Source of the DNA: Syntrophomonadaceae bacterium
Lineage (GTDB): Bacteria; Bacillota; Syntrophomonadia; Syntrophomonadales; Syntrophomonadaceae
Assembly: GCA_035412805.1 (NCBI GenBank)
Contig: DAONVO010000002.1
Coordinates: forward strand, 26-64,025
Length of the DNA: 64,000 nucleotides
Reading direction: 5' to 3'
This document shows, piece after piece, positions 49,251 to 57,206 of the stretch (positions are counted from its first letter, which is position 1; each line of letters starts with the position of its first letter). The translations under genes and the position numbers were made by a program. The notes below the pieces were generated by a model that did not search any database, was not told where the DNA came from, and saw nothing but the letters and a program-made list of their open reading frames with translations.

Positions 49251-49288
49251 CAATAAAATAAAGGAGAGACAGCCTGGCTATCTCTCCT
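49251..49288 (-). terminator. rho-independent terminator of gerM
   Basis: On the minus strand, AGGAGAGA-loop-TCTCTCCT is followed by TTATTTTATT. Confidence 0.7.
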
Positions 49289-49308
49289 GGAAGAAGCCCT
49301 TCCTCAAT

Positions 49309-49917
49309 TTAATTGGCCGGTTTCACTGGTTGGCTCAAATCCAGAAATCCTCCTATCTCCTGCACCGGTTCCCCATCAATCATAAAGGTTACTTCTTTAA
49401 TAGTGGGAAACTGGCCGAGGGTATTGACTATTGCCATTACCATCATTTCTTCCTGCTGTTGATTGGTTACCTGGCAGGCCTCATGACTTAAATTAACAAT
49501 ACATAATCCATCCGGTTTCACATTAATATCCAATAGTCTGGTACCTTCGGGAAAAACGCTTAAGTACTCGGGAGTTGCCGGTCCTTTGATTAACTCATTG
49601 AGAGTGCTGCGAGCGATACCAACCTCTTTGGGAATGACCCGGCTCTCCGGAACCAGTGAAGTTCCATCCTGTCCTCCGAAATAAAGCATAACTTCAATGG
49701 TTTCCTGATTGAGCTCTATATTGGATGCAGGCTCCCCAGGTGATGCCAAATCCGATGGTTCTTCCGGGCTTTGTCCCTCTGATTCCGGCAGCAGATTAAC
49801 CAGATCACGCCAGCTTTTAATCGACGATGATTGTTCTGCGGCAGGCTGGCACCCTCCGCTGATCAAACACACCGCCACGATCAGAACCGCTAAAATTATG
49901 AAGAATCGCTGGTTCAT
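49309..49917 (-). CDS. gerM: GerM-like (GerMN domain) lipoprotein
   Basis: 202 aa with a lipobox (LISGGC) and a GerMN-type domain (VMLYFGGQDGTSLVPESRVIP). Confidence 0.8.
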   Translation of the reverse strand: MNQRFFIILAVLIVAVCLISGGCQPAAEQSSSIKSWRDLVNLLPESEGQSPEEPSDLASPGEPASNIELNQETIEVMLYFGGQDGTSLVPESRVIPKEVGIARSTLNELIKGPATPEYLSVFPEGTRLLDINVKPDGLCIVNLSHEACQVTNQQQEEMMVMAIVNTLGQFPTIKEVTFMIDGEPVQEIGGFLDLSQPVKPAN

Positions 49918-49976
49918 TCTTTCAGCCTCCTTACGGTTGCTTGTACATCATACGAGGTAAGCCTGTGGTTTATACC

Positions 49977-50006
49977 AAAAAAAAAGCGAGCACCACAGTG
50001 GTGCTC
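49977..50006 (-). terminator. rho-independent terminator after the ATPase-VWA operon
   Basis: On the minus strand, CGAGCACC-loop-GGTGCTCG is followed by C and TTTTTTTT. Confidence 0.75.
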
Positions 50007-50143
50007 GTGTATGAAGGAGGAGTTATTAAAGCAAACTACGGGTTTGCATTAGTTCATATTAATAATATCTGCTAAGTTGATTGTATCGGACTCTAGGGAA
50101 TAATGTCAATATTTGTTTATTAAGTAAGCCTTTTGTCACCTGG

Positions 50144-51922
50144 TCAGGCCAGGCTGCGTTTATCTGCCAGCATAGATTTCTTTTCCGCTTTCACTATATT
50201 GATAAGGTTTTCCTTATTTAAGTCATCTACCAGATAGAGAACACCTTCGCCTTTTTCCGCTACTTTCTCCAGGTAATAGCGGTTGGATTCAACTCCGATA
50301 CAGATGAACCTTACCTTGCTTTGGGCAATGCGGCCCGCAGCCTCCAGCCCATCCATTTTAGCATCCAAAGTCCACAACGGAGCGTTGGGGACACCGTCAG
50401 TAATCAATACCAGCAAAGGATTGCGTACCCGGGTGTTTTTAATCAGGTCAAGGGCGGTCATAATTCCGTCAGCCAGGGGAGTCAGCCCGGCCGGGTTTAT
50501 GGTTGATAATCCTTTTCTAAGCTGGCGTTCATTGCGGGTAAAGGGTACCACCACTTTACTGCTGCGTTCTTGGAAGGTTACCACGGCTACCTTTTCTTTG
50601 CCGGTTAATAATAGATGCTCCGCCAAATAACAGGCCGCTTGACGCTTATCGCCGGCCATACTGCCGCTGGCATCAATTAAAAGGCAAACATCGATGGGAA
50701 TGTAGGTTTTCTTTTCATAGTAATGAAGATCATCTTTTTTTATCCGCAAGCCGGAATCCCCGCGCAGGTACGAGTTCTTTTTGGCCTGAACAATAGTTTC
50801 CGGAACCGCGAGATCACCGGACCAGTTTTTCTCCGGATTATTTTTCGTCTTATTGCGGTTAGTGAATTCTACCTGGCTTGACTTCTTCTCCGCTTTGCCC
50901 AGCTTGCGGAACCGGCTGGCGCCACCCGAAGGTACCCGGCGCATATTGCGGCGTATCTCGGTTTCCAGTTCGCACTTATGATTCATAACGAATTCCTTGA
51001 GGTTGATTCCCTTCCGAGTAAGAACCTTCCCCACTACGGTATCTTTGAGCAGCCCTAGTTCCTCCAGCTGCTCAATATAATGTTCTATATCTCCCCACTT
51101 TTTCTTCTGCTGGTCGATGCCCTTACGTTTGAAGATATTGGTGGAATAGCTATCCAGAAACTCCTCGATTTCATCTACCCCGCCAAATTTTTCGGCCAGT
51201 TTGAGAATCAACTGGTTGACATTCTCTTTGGCCGGAAGTTGCCGGGCATTCTGGCCTTTAAATTTCTTCCAGGGCAATTTAATATAACCGGCAAAGCTTT
51301 CTTCAGCTTGTTTCTGATTACCATGGATGATATTGCGCACCTTAGCCAGTTTGACCTCGGACTGCAATACTACTTCTTCCACCGCTTCAGCAATTACATA
51401 GACCAGATAGTATTCTTCCCGGCTCAGCCGGGCCAGAATATGCACATGATCAAAACCCTCTTCCCCCTCGATAAAGGGACGCATAATACCCTGGAATAGA
51501 TCATAAACTGTGCCCTTGCCTCCGTTGGTAGTAATAAAAATTCTATTGGCGTAGTCAGTTACCATACGAAAGCGCTCTTCTTCTGCATACTGTAGTTGAG
51601 GATTTTTTTCCAGGAAGTGTTTATCAAGTGCATAGAATATAGCCCGGGCAGTATCGCGAGGGTCAATGTCCCCCGGCTTATGATAAACATCGATATGCAC
51701 TATTTGATCAGCATCTACATAATCCAGATAGGTTTTCCCTGCATCGCGATTAAGGAGAATTTTGATCTGACCTTTGATGCGCTTTTCCGGCATACGGGCA
51801 TGCGCCTTACGGCTAACTACTGTACTTTCACCTAAACGCACACCCTGGTTCTGCCCGAAATACAAGCTTAAATAATTGCCTACTGAGGCAGCTTTATCTA
51901 TATTAGTCTTCTCACCAAGCAT
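50144..51922 (-). CDS. VWA-domain protein (C-terminal MIDAS-containing VWA, ChlD/NorD-like; novel N-terminal ~400 aa)
   Basis: MIDAS motif DASGSM (DxSxS) at LLIDASGSMAG, and a basic K/R-rich linker. ATG at 51922 follows the AAGGGGGGA RBS. Confidence 0.8.
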   Translation of the reverse strand: MLGEKTNIDKAASVGNYLSLYFGQNQGVRLGESTVVSRKAHARMPEKRIKGQIKILLNRDAGKTYLDYVDADQIVHIDVYHKPGDIDPRDTARAIFYALDKHFLEKNPQLQYAEEERFRMVTDYANRIFITTNGGKGTVYDLFQGIMRPFIEGEEGFDHVHILARLSREEYYLVYVIAEAVEEVVLQSEVKLAKVRNIIHGNQKQAEESFAGYIKLPWKKFKGQNARQLPAKENVNQLILKLAEKFGGVDEIEEFLDSYSTNIFKRKGIDQQKKKWGDIEHYIEQLEELGLLKDTVVGKVLTRKGINLKEFVMNHKCELETEIRRNMRRVPSGGASRFRKLGKAEKKSSQVEFTNRNKTKNNPEKNWSGDLAVPETIVQAKKNSYLRGDSGLRIKKDDLHYYEKKTYIPIDVCLLIDASGSMAGDKRQAACYLAEHLLLTGKEKVAVVTFQERSSKVVVPFTRNERQLRKGLSTINPAGLTPLADGIMTALDLIKNTRVRNPLLVLITDGVPNAPLWTLDAKMDGLEAAGRIAQSKVRFICIGVESNRYYLEKVAEKGEGVLYLVDDLNKENLINIVKAEKKSMLADKRSLA

Positions 51923-51949
51923 AGGAAGTCCCCCCTTAACCAAGGCCTA

Positions 51950-53152
51950 CTACATATCAGTAGGAGTTAAGGTCTTCTCTGTATTAATAAGTTCACCCCG
52001 ACTCATATCCTTCAGAGGGCGGGCATTTTGGGCAAAATACTCGGGCTCACTATCCTTTTGGGCTTTATTCTTGCGGCCGCGGAAAGTTAGGATTCCGTCC
52101 TTGGCAGATCTGGAATCAACGTCATTTATCATTTTGATTAAGGTGTCGCCATCTACTCTATGTTTCAATACCAGCGGTATCATATCTGTGACATCATTGA
52201 TTAAAACCTTGTCACGGCCACGAATTATACTGTGCAGGACCGCTCCCTGCTGCATAGCCTCAATAGCGCGAATACTTTCCAGATTGTGTTTAATATACAA
52301 ACGGGCAATAAAATTTCGCAGGAAGTCGGGTAGATCAGCTTGTTCATAAAGGCTGGCCCATTTGACTATGTTCTTGCGATAGACTTCATTGCCCTGGTCG
52401 TCACTTGATTCAACTTTATGCTTTTGTCTATAGGCATGGGAATTTTCTTTTAACATCTGAGCCAGGATATCCACGGAATCAGGTCGCCCCATGTAGCACA
52501 CCATGTCAAAACGATCTGACAATTGGCGCCGGATTTCTTCCAGGGGGCCGGGGTCCTCATCCGGGTTGGAAGCCGCCCAAACCGAGACATTAACTGGTAT
52601 TTCCACCACCGGCAATCCAGCTTCTTCGATCTGAATATGCCCGGGTTTGTTTCCCATAACATCCAGGAGAATATCGGTAATCTCTGGGGAGGTATCAGCC
52701 AACCTGTTAATCTCATCTATAAACAGAATTCCTCGATGAGCCTGAGGAATCAATCCTGGCAGCAGGCGGGCTTCTGGTTCATCTTTATCAGTTAGACGGC
52801 TTAAATCTATACTTCCAGCCACAGTGCCCACTTTGGCAGAATGAGAAATTTCCAGGAATGGCATGGGGATTTCCTCGGTGCCCAGTTCAGCCAATTCCTG
52901 GGCTGTCATGTTTTTATGCTGTGGGCAGTGGGGCTGTTGTGGATCACAATTGTAAATACATCCTTTAACTCTCGTTATATCGGGAAGAATCCCCCGAGCT
53001 GAACGCATTATAGTGGTCTTACCGGTTCCCCTCAGACCCTCGGCATGAATATGCAACGGTTCGCCTACCAGGGTGGAAACCACTGACATCAGCACTAATT
53101 CAAACAGAGACTCATTCCCCTCGTACCGTTCCAATTTACTGAAAGGTATCAT
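51950..53152 (-). CDS. ChlI/BchI-like AAA+ ATPase (Mg-chelatase I-subunit family)
   Basis: Walker A GLRGTGKTT, Walker B GILFIDEINRL and the SDRFD sensor/arginine region. ATG at 53152 follows the GAGGGGAG RBS; the track ORF extends to 53212. Confidence 0.8.
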   Translation of the reverse strand: MIPFSKLERYEGNESLFELVLMSVVSTLVGEPLHIHAEGLRGTGKTTIMRSARGILPDITRVKGCIYNCDPQQPHCPQHKNMTAQELAELGTEEIPMPFLEISHSAKVGTVAGSIDLSRLTDKDEPEARLLPGLIPQAHRGILFIDEINRLADTSPEITDILLDVMGNKPGHIQIEEAGLPVVEIPVNVSVWAASNPDEDPGPLEEIRRQLSDRFDMVCYMGRPDSVDILAQMLKENSHAYRQKHKVESSDDQGNEVYRKNIVKWASLYEQADLPDFLRNFIARLYIKHNLESIRAIEAMQQGAVLHSIIRGRDKVLINDVTDMIPLVLKHRVDGDTLIKMINDVDSRSAKDGILTFRGRKNKAQKDSEPEYFAQNARPLKDMSRGELINTEKTLTPTDM

Positions 53153-53228
53153 AATATCACTCCCCTCAGGCAAAGGTAGTTCCGTCCAACTATTGACTCT
53201 CCAATTCCCCAACTATGCTAGGATTTAC

Positions 53229-53273
53229 AATTTTCCCGGATTTCATCCCGTCCGATTATGCGCCGGGAAAATT
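53229..53273. promoter_or_regulatory. 11-bp inverted repeat in the leader of the ATPase-VWA operon
   Basis: AATTTTCCCGG-N23-CCGGGAAAATT. No U-tract follows, so it is not a terminator. Confidence 0.35.
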
Positions 53274-53602
53274 ACTTAATTAATAAAGCCTCCTTTCCTT
53301 ACTTCTTCACCGTTCTTTTTCCCCTAGATTAACCATACACTATTTTGTGATTTTTTTCTCTATAGGAACTGAGGTTGGTTGTAATCAGCGGATATTTAGC
53401 CGTAGCTTGCGACTTTAGGAACAAATTTAGGGCGTTAATTGAAGCTCTTAATAACAAAAAAGGGAGTCACCCTTAAAAAGGCCATCCCTCCCTTGGTTCA
53501 TTGGCACCAAACTATCATTTTTTTACCCTGCTATGATACTCATCCTGGGTATGATAGGAATGATTTTATGGCTAATTTGCTTCTTTTGCTCCCTAAATAT
53601 AC

Positions 53603-54394
53603 TTATTGTATGCTCATCTTCTGTCGCAACTGCTTAGCACGGGAACGACTGAGGATAATATTCTTATTACAGTTGTTGAGATGCAGAATGTATGATCCTT
53701 CGCCAAAGTTAACTATCTCTTTTATGTGGTTAAGGTTAACGATAAAAGCCTGATGAGCTCTGAAAAAACTGGTGTGATCCAGGCGTCCTTCCAACTCGTT
53801 AAGAGTATAGTTGCTCATGTAGCCGGTTCCATCCCGGGTGCATATGAGTACCTTCTTGCCCTGACTTTCACAGTAAACGATATCGTCCTGATTTAGCAAA
53901 ACTATTTTGCCCTTCTCTCTTATAGGCAGTTTATTGGAGAACACCTCGTAATTCTTATAGCGCTCCAGCATAAAATCTATGCGCTCTTTGAGGCGATCCC
54001 GCACTATTTCTTCTACATAGGACTTATGCACAATACGCTCTTTGGCTCTTTCAACGGTTTTTTCCAATCTTTTTTGCTCAATGGGCTTTACAATGAAGTC
54101 CAACGCTCCTAATTCATAGGCATCTACTGCCATTTCCCGGCGGGCGGTTACAAACGCAAATAACGGCGGATCTTTCATATCCTTCAGCTTACGTGCTGTT
54201 TCCAATCCACCCATTTCCGGCATAGCGATATCCAGCAATACCAGGTCCACTTTCTTTTCCTGGCAGAGCATCAAAGCCTCTAACCCATGCACGGCCTCTC
54301 CCACTATAGTCACATCTTTAATCTGTTCAACCACATAACGGAGCACAATCCGCTCCCGTTCATCATCATCTACAATTAAAACCTTTACCGACAT
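53603..54394 (-). CDS. LytTR-family response regulator (receiver + LytTR DNA-binding domain)
   Basis: Receiver domain VLIVDDDERER...DLVLLDIAMP and a C-terminal LytTR domain (FFRAHQAFIVNLNHIKEI). No histidine kinase gene is adjacent. Confidence 0.85.
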   Translation of the reverse strand: MSVKVLIVDDDERERIVLRYVVEQIKDVTIVGEAVHGLEALMLCQEKKVDLVLLDIAMPEMGGLETARKLKDMKDPPLFAFVTARREMAVDAYELGALDFIVKPIEQKRLEKTVERAKERIVHKSYVEEIVRDRLKERIDFMLERYKNYEVFSNKLPIREKGKIVLLNQDDIVYCESQGKKVLICTRDGTGYMSNYTLNELEGRLDHTSFFRAHQAFIVNLNHIKEIVNFGEGSYILHLNNCNKNIILSRSRAKQLRQKMSIQ

Positions 54395-54562
54395 TAATTC
54401 CCAACCTTTACAGTATGGTGTTAGCACTCTTGTTTTTTACTATATATTTTTTATAAATAGAAAACAACAGGTAAAACCCTCGCATCCCAATTATTCTACA
54501 TAAAATGACGACTTTCACCTAACCGGAAAATCTGGTAGGCTAAAGTTTAAGGAGGTAGATAA

Positions 54563-55438
54563 ATGCGTTACGAAGGAACCGTTTACAGGCCACCCAGTGA
54601 AGCAAACAGCCTGTTGATCCAAGCAACCATTGGGTGTCCTCACAACAAATGCACTTTTTGCCAGATGTACAAAGGTACCCGTTTTCGCCTGCGGCCGGTT
54701 CAGGAAATAAAAGAAGATTTAGCCATGGCCAGAGATTATTATGGTGATTTCATAGATGCGATTTTCTTTCCAGATGGTAATACCATCATTATGAAAACCG
54801 AGCAGCTGGAAGAAATCTTTCTATATGCCCGTGAGTTGTTTCCCCATCTGCAGCGTATCACAGTATATGGCTCAGCCCGGTTTGTAAACAAAAAAAGCCT
54901 CCAGGATTTGCAGCGCTTAAAAGATGCTGGCCTGACCCGAATTCATACCGGCATGGAAAGCGGTGATGATGTTACCCTGGAAAATATAAAAAAAGGTGTC
55001 ACTTCTGCCGAGATAATCGAAGCAGGGCTCAAATTAAAAGAAGCCGGCCTGCAAGTCAGCGAGTATTACCTGGTAGGCATAGGGGGTTTGGAAAGAACCT
55101 GTGAACACGCTTTGGAAAGTGCACGGGTTTTAAGTGCCATTAGCCCTGATTATATTCGCCTGCGTACTTATGTTCCGGTTCCTCATACTCCTTTGTATGA
55201 GGACTACCGTCAGGGCAAATTTAAGCTATTGTCTCCCCATCAGGCTTTGCGAGAAGTACGGCTTTTGATAGAGCACCTGCAATGTGATAACAGCATGGTA
55301 CTAAGCGATCACATCTCCAATTACTGGGATGTTCGGGGTATTATTCCCCATGATCGTGAAGAAATGTTAGCCGATCTTGATCAAGCTTTTCAGATAGATG
55401 AAAAAAGGTTTCGGCCTGCCGAAATCAGTCGCTTATAA
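54563..55438 (+). CDS. radical SAM protein of unknown function
   Basis: 291 aa. The cluster motif is GCPHNKCTFCQMY (Cys spacing x4/x2 as read), followed by a TIM-barrel-like pattern (GNT, GMESG). Confidence 0.75.
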   Translation: MRYEGTVYRPPSEANSLLIQATIGCPHNKCTFCQMYKGTRFRLRPVQEIKEDLAMARDYYGDFIDAIFFPDGNTIIMKTEQLEEIFLYARELFPHLQRITVYGSARFVNKKSLQDLQRLKDAGLTRIHTGMESGDDVTLENIKKGVTSAEIIEAGLKLKEAGLQVSEYYLVGIGGLERTCEHALESARVLSAISPDYIRLRTYVPVPHTPLYEDYRQGKFKLLSPHQALREVRLLIEHLQCDNSMVLSDHISNYWDVRGIIPHDREEMLADLDQAFQIDEKRFRPAEISRL

Positions 55439-55460
55439 TATGTCTCAACTCAGATATTGT

Positions 55461-55501
55461 TGTCTCCATTTAGAGACGATGGTTGTCTCTAAATGGAGAC
55501 A
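55461..55501. other. perfect 16-17-bp palindromic hairpin
   Basis: GTCTCCATTTAGAGAC-GATGGTT-GTCTCTAAATGGAGAC. Each arm is itself internally palindromic (GTCTC...GAGAC). Confidence 0.8.
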
Positions 55502-55628
55502 GCTTAATTTATCCACCTATCCAAATTCACTTTTTACCGGCTGTGTTAAAGATGTAGTTTATTGGCATGTAATTTGCATATTAATGTATGTGGGGGGACA
55601 TACACAAAAGGGGTGTATTACCAGATTA

Positions 55629-55667
55629 TAGGGGGCTGGATCGGCAATAATGGCCCCCTATTTTTTT
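55629..55667 (+). terminator. rho-independent terminator of the radical SAM gene
   Basis: TAGGGGGC-loop-GCCCCCTA followed by TTTTTTT. It overlaps the degV stop codon. Confidence 0.75.
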
Positions 55668-56511
55668 ATATGTTAACCATCAACCCTCCTTCACCAGCAT
55701 AGGTCCCAATGGTAGCACTCATATCACTAATCCATATGGTACCTGGATTATAACGTTCCGCAATTTGCTGGGCTAGCTGGCTAGCATCAGATAGGCAGTG
55801 AACATGAGTAATTCCTACTATGCGATTCTCCCAATCGGAAGTGATCCTCTCTCCTAGCATTTCAACCATGCGTTTGATGGCTCTGCTGCGTCCGCGTACC
55901 TTCTCATACAATTCCGGCTTTCCCTTCGCATTGTTACCCAAGAATATAGGTTTGATATGCAGCAAATCTCCGGCCAGTCCTTCAATTTTTTTTAATCTTC
56001 CTCCCTTTACCACGTTTTCCAGAGTATTAAGGGTAAAAATGGTTAGCTTTAGATTGAGGATATTCTCCAGCCTTTTGATGATGTCATCCATGCTCAACCC
56101 AGCTGCTGCCATCTGAGCGGCTCGAACAGCTATAATACCGGTCCCCAGGGACGCAGATAGAGTATCAAAAACTCTTACCTTGGTGTTGCATAGCATTTGC
56201 CGTGCCAGCTGGGCAATCTGGTATGTACTGCTAAGGCCAGAAGACAGGCTGATGAACAACACTTCTCCAGCCTCACGTAATCCTTTTTCAAAATGTTCTA
56301 TGAAGGTGCTGGGATCGGGGGCAGCGGTTTTAGGAAGAGTTTTTGATGCGGCCATCTTTTTTACAAAAAGCTCCGGGGACAACTCCCAACGGTCCAGATA
56401 GGTCTCTCCATCGGCAAAGGTTACCCTTAGGGGAATCATATCAATCTGGTACTGCTCCAATATCTCGTCAGGAAGATCGCAAGAAGTATCGGATAGTATT
56501 TTTATGGCCAT
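55666..56511 (-). CDS. DegV-family fatty-acid-binding protein
   Basis: 281 aa with the DegV pattern (ILSDTSCDLP...TAAPDPSTF...SLSSGLSSTYQ). Confidence 0.9.
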   Translation of the reverse strand: MAIKILSDTSCDLPDEILEQYQIDMIPLRVTFADGETYLDRWELSPELFVKKMAASKTLPKTAAPDPSTFIEHFEKGLREAGEVLFISLSSGLSSTYQIAQLARQMLCNTKVRVFDTLSASLGTGIIAVRAAQMAAAGLSMDDIIKRLENILNLKLTIFTLNTLENVVKGGRLKKIEGLAGDLLHIKPIFLGNNAKGKPELYEKVRGRSRAIKRMVEMLGERITSDWENRIVGITHVHCLSDASQLAQQIAERYNPGTIWISDMSATIGTYAGEGGLMVNI

Positions 56512-56602
56512 AACACTGCCTCCTTATATAGATACGTTGCCCCGGCGGGGCGACAAAGTCGTCAGCACCTACATTTTAGGGAGGCTAAAGCCTCCCCTAC
56601 AT

Positions 56603-57016
56603 CTAAGAGGGTGTTTTCATTGGCGGAACTATGTACACCTCATCACCCCTAAAGTCAAAATAATCGCTTAGTTTCCAGTAAATGCCCCGGCTGAGGCGGG
56701 TATCAGCCGGCCATCGATAGCTTATATAAGGGACATCCCCTTTGAAATACACCCGGGTTTCCTCTTTTAATTCGTATTCCTGCAAATCATGAAATACCAG
56801 CTTTATGGTACCGTCTTCGGTTTCTTGTATGCCTGTGGCATAAAAAGGCACATCCTCTACATCGATATCCGCCGTTTCATTGCCTAATACTATCCTGTAT
56901 GTGCCATCCTCTTTTCTGTCTATGTTAACCGCCAGCACATTAACAATATTGCGACGGAACATCTCCGCATTATTAAAATACCATTTACCATCCCTGCGGA
57001 TTACTATTTCACTCAC
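56603..57016 (-). CDS. DUF1285-like protein
   Basis: The I.RDGKWYF...DGTYRIVLGNETADIDVEDVPFYATG pattern is typical of DUF1285. GTG at 57016 follows the GGAGGAAGGGAGG RBS; the track ORF from 57091 starts at TTG without an RBS. Confidence 0.6.
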   Translation of the reverse strand: MSEIVIRRDGKWYFNNAEMFRRNIVNVLAVNIDRKEDGTYRIVLGNETADIDVEDVPFYATGIQETEDGTIKLVFHDLQEYELKEETRVYFKGDVPYISYRWPADTRLSRGIYWKLSDYFDFRGDEVYIVPPMKTPS

Positions 57017-57206
57017 TACTGGGACCTCCCTTCCTCCTTCATCATATTCTAATAAGGTTATCCAGCCGGGGCTATTTTTCCTGCTAATCAAGCAATAAAA
57101 AGGGCCCGGTCTTAATATTTACTTAATCGATGTTGTATTATGTCACCGGATAAGCAAATAATTTCAAGACCTGACCCTGTTGTTGATTCGTTAATAATTT
57201 AACCCT

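Noticed and set aside
48830-49491. Track ORFs 48830-49066 (-) and 49153-49491 (+) over element copy B and antisense to gerM.
   Set aside because: Same reasoning as for copy A. The second ORF overlaps the well-supported gerM gene on the opposite strand.
55398-55631. 77-aa + strand ORF spanning the palindrome and the terminator after the radical SAM gene.
   Set aside because: It overlaps the radical SAM 3' end out of frame, runs through a perfect palindrome and a terminator, and has no RBS.
56530-56600. Two GC hairpins (GTTGCCCC/GGGGCGAC and GGGAGGC/GCCTCCC) between the DUF1285 and degV genes, considered as terminators.
   Set aside because: Neither is followed by a U-tract on the coding (-) strand. 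They may be processing or stability elements, so they are left unannotated.
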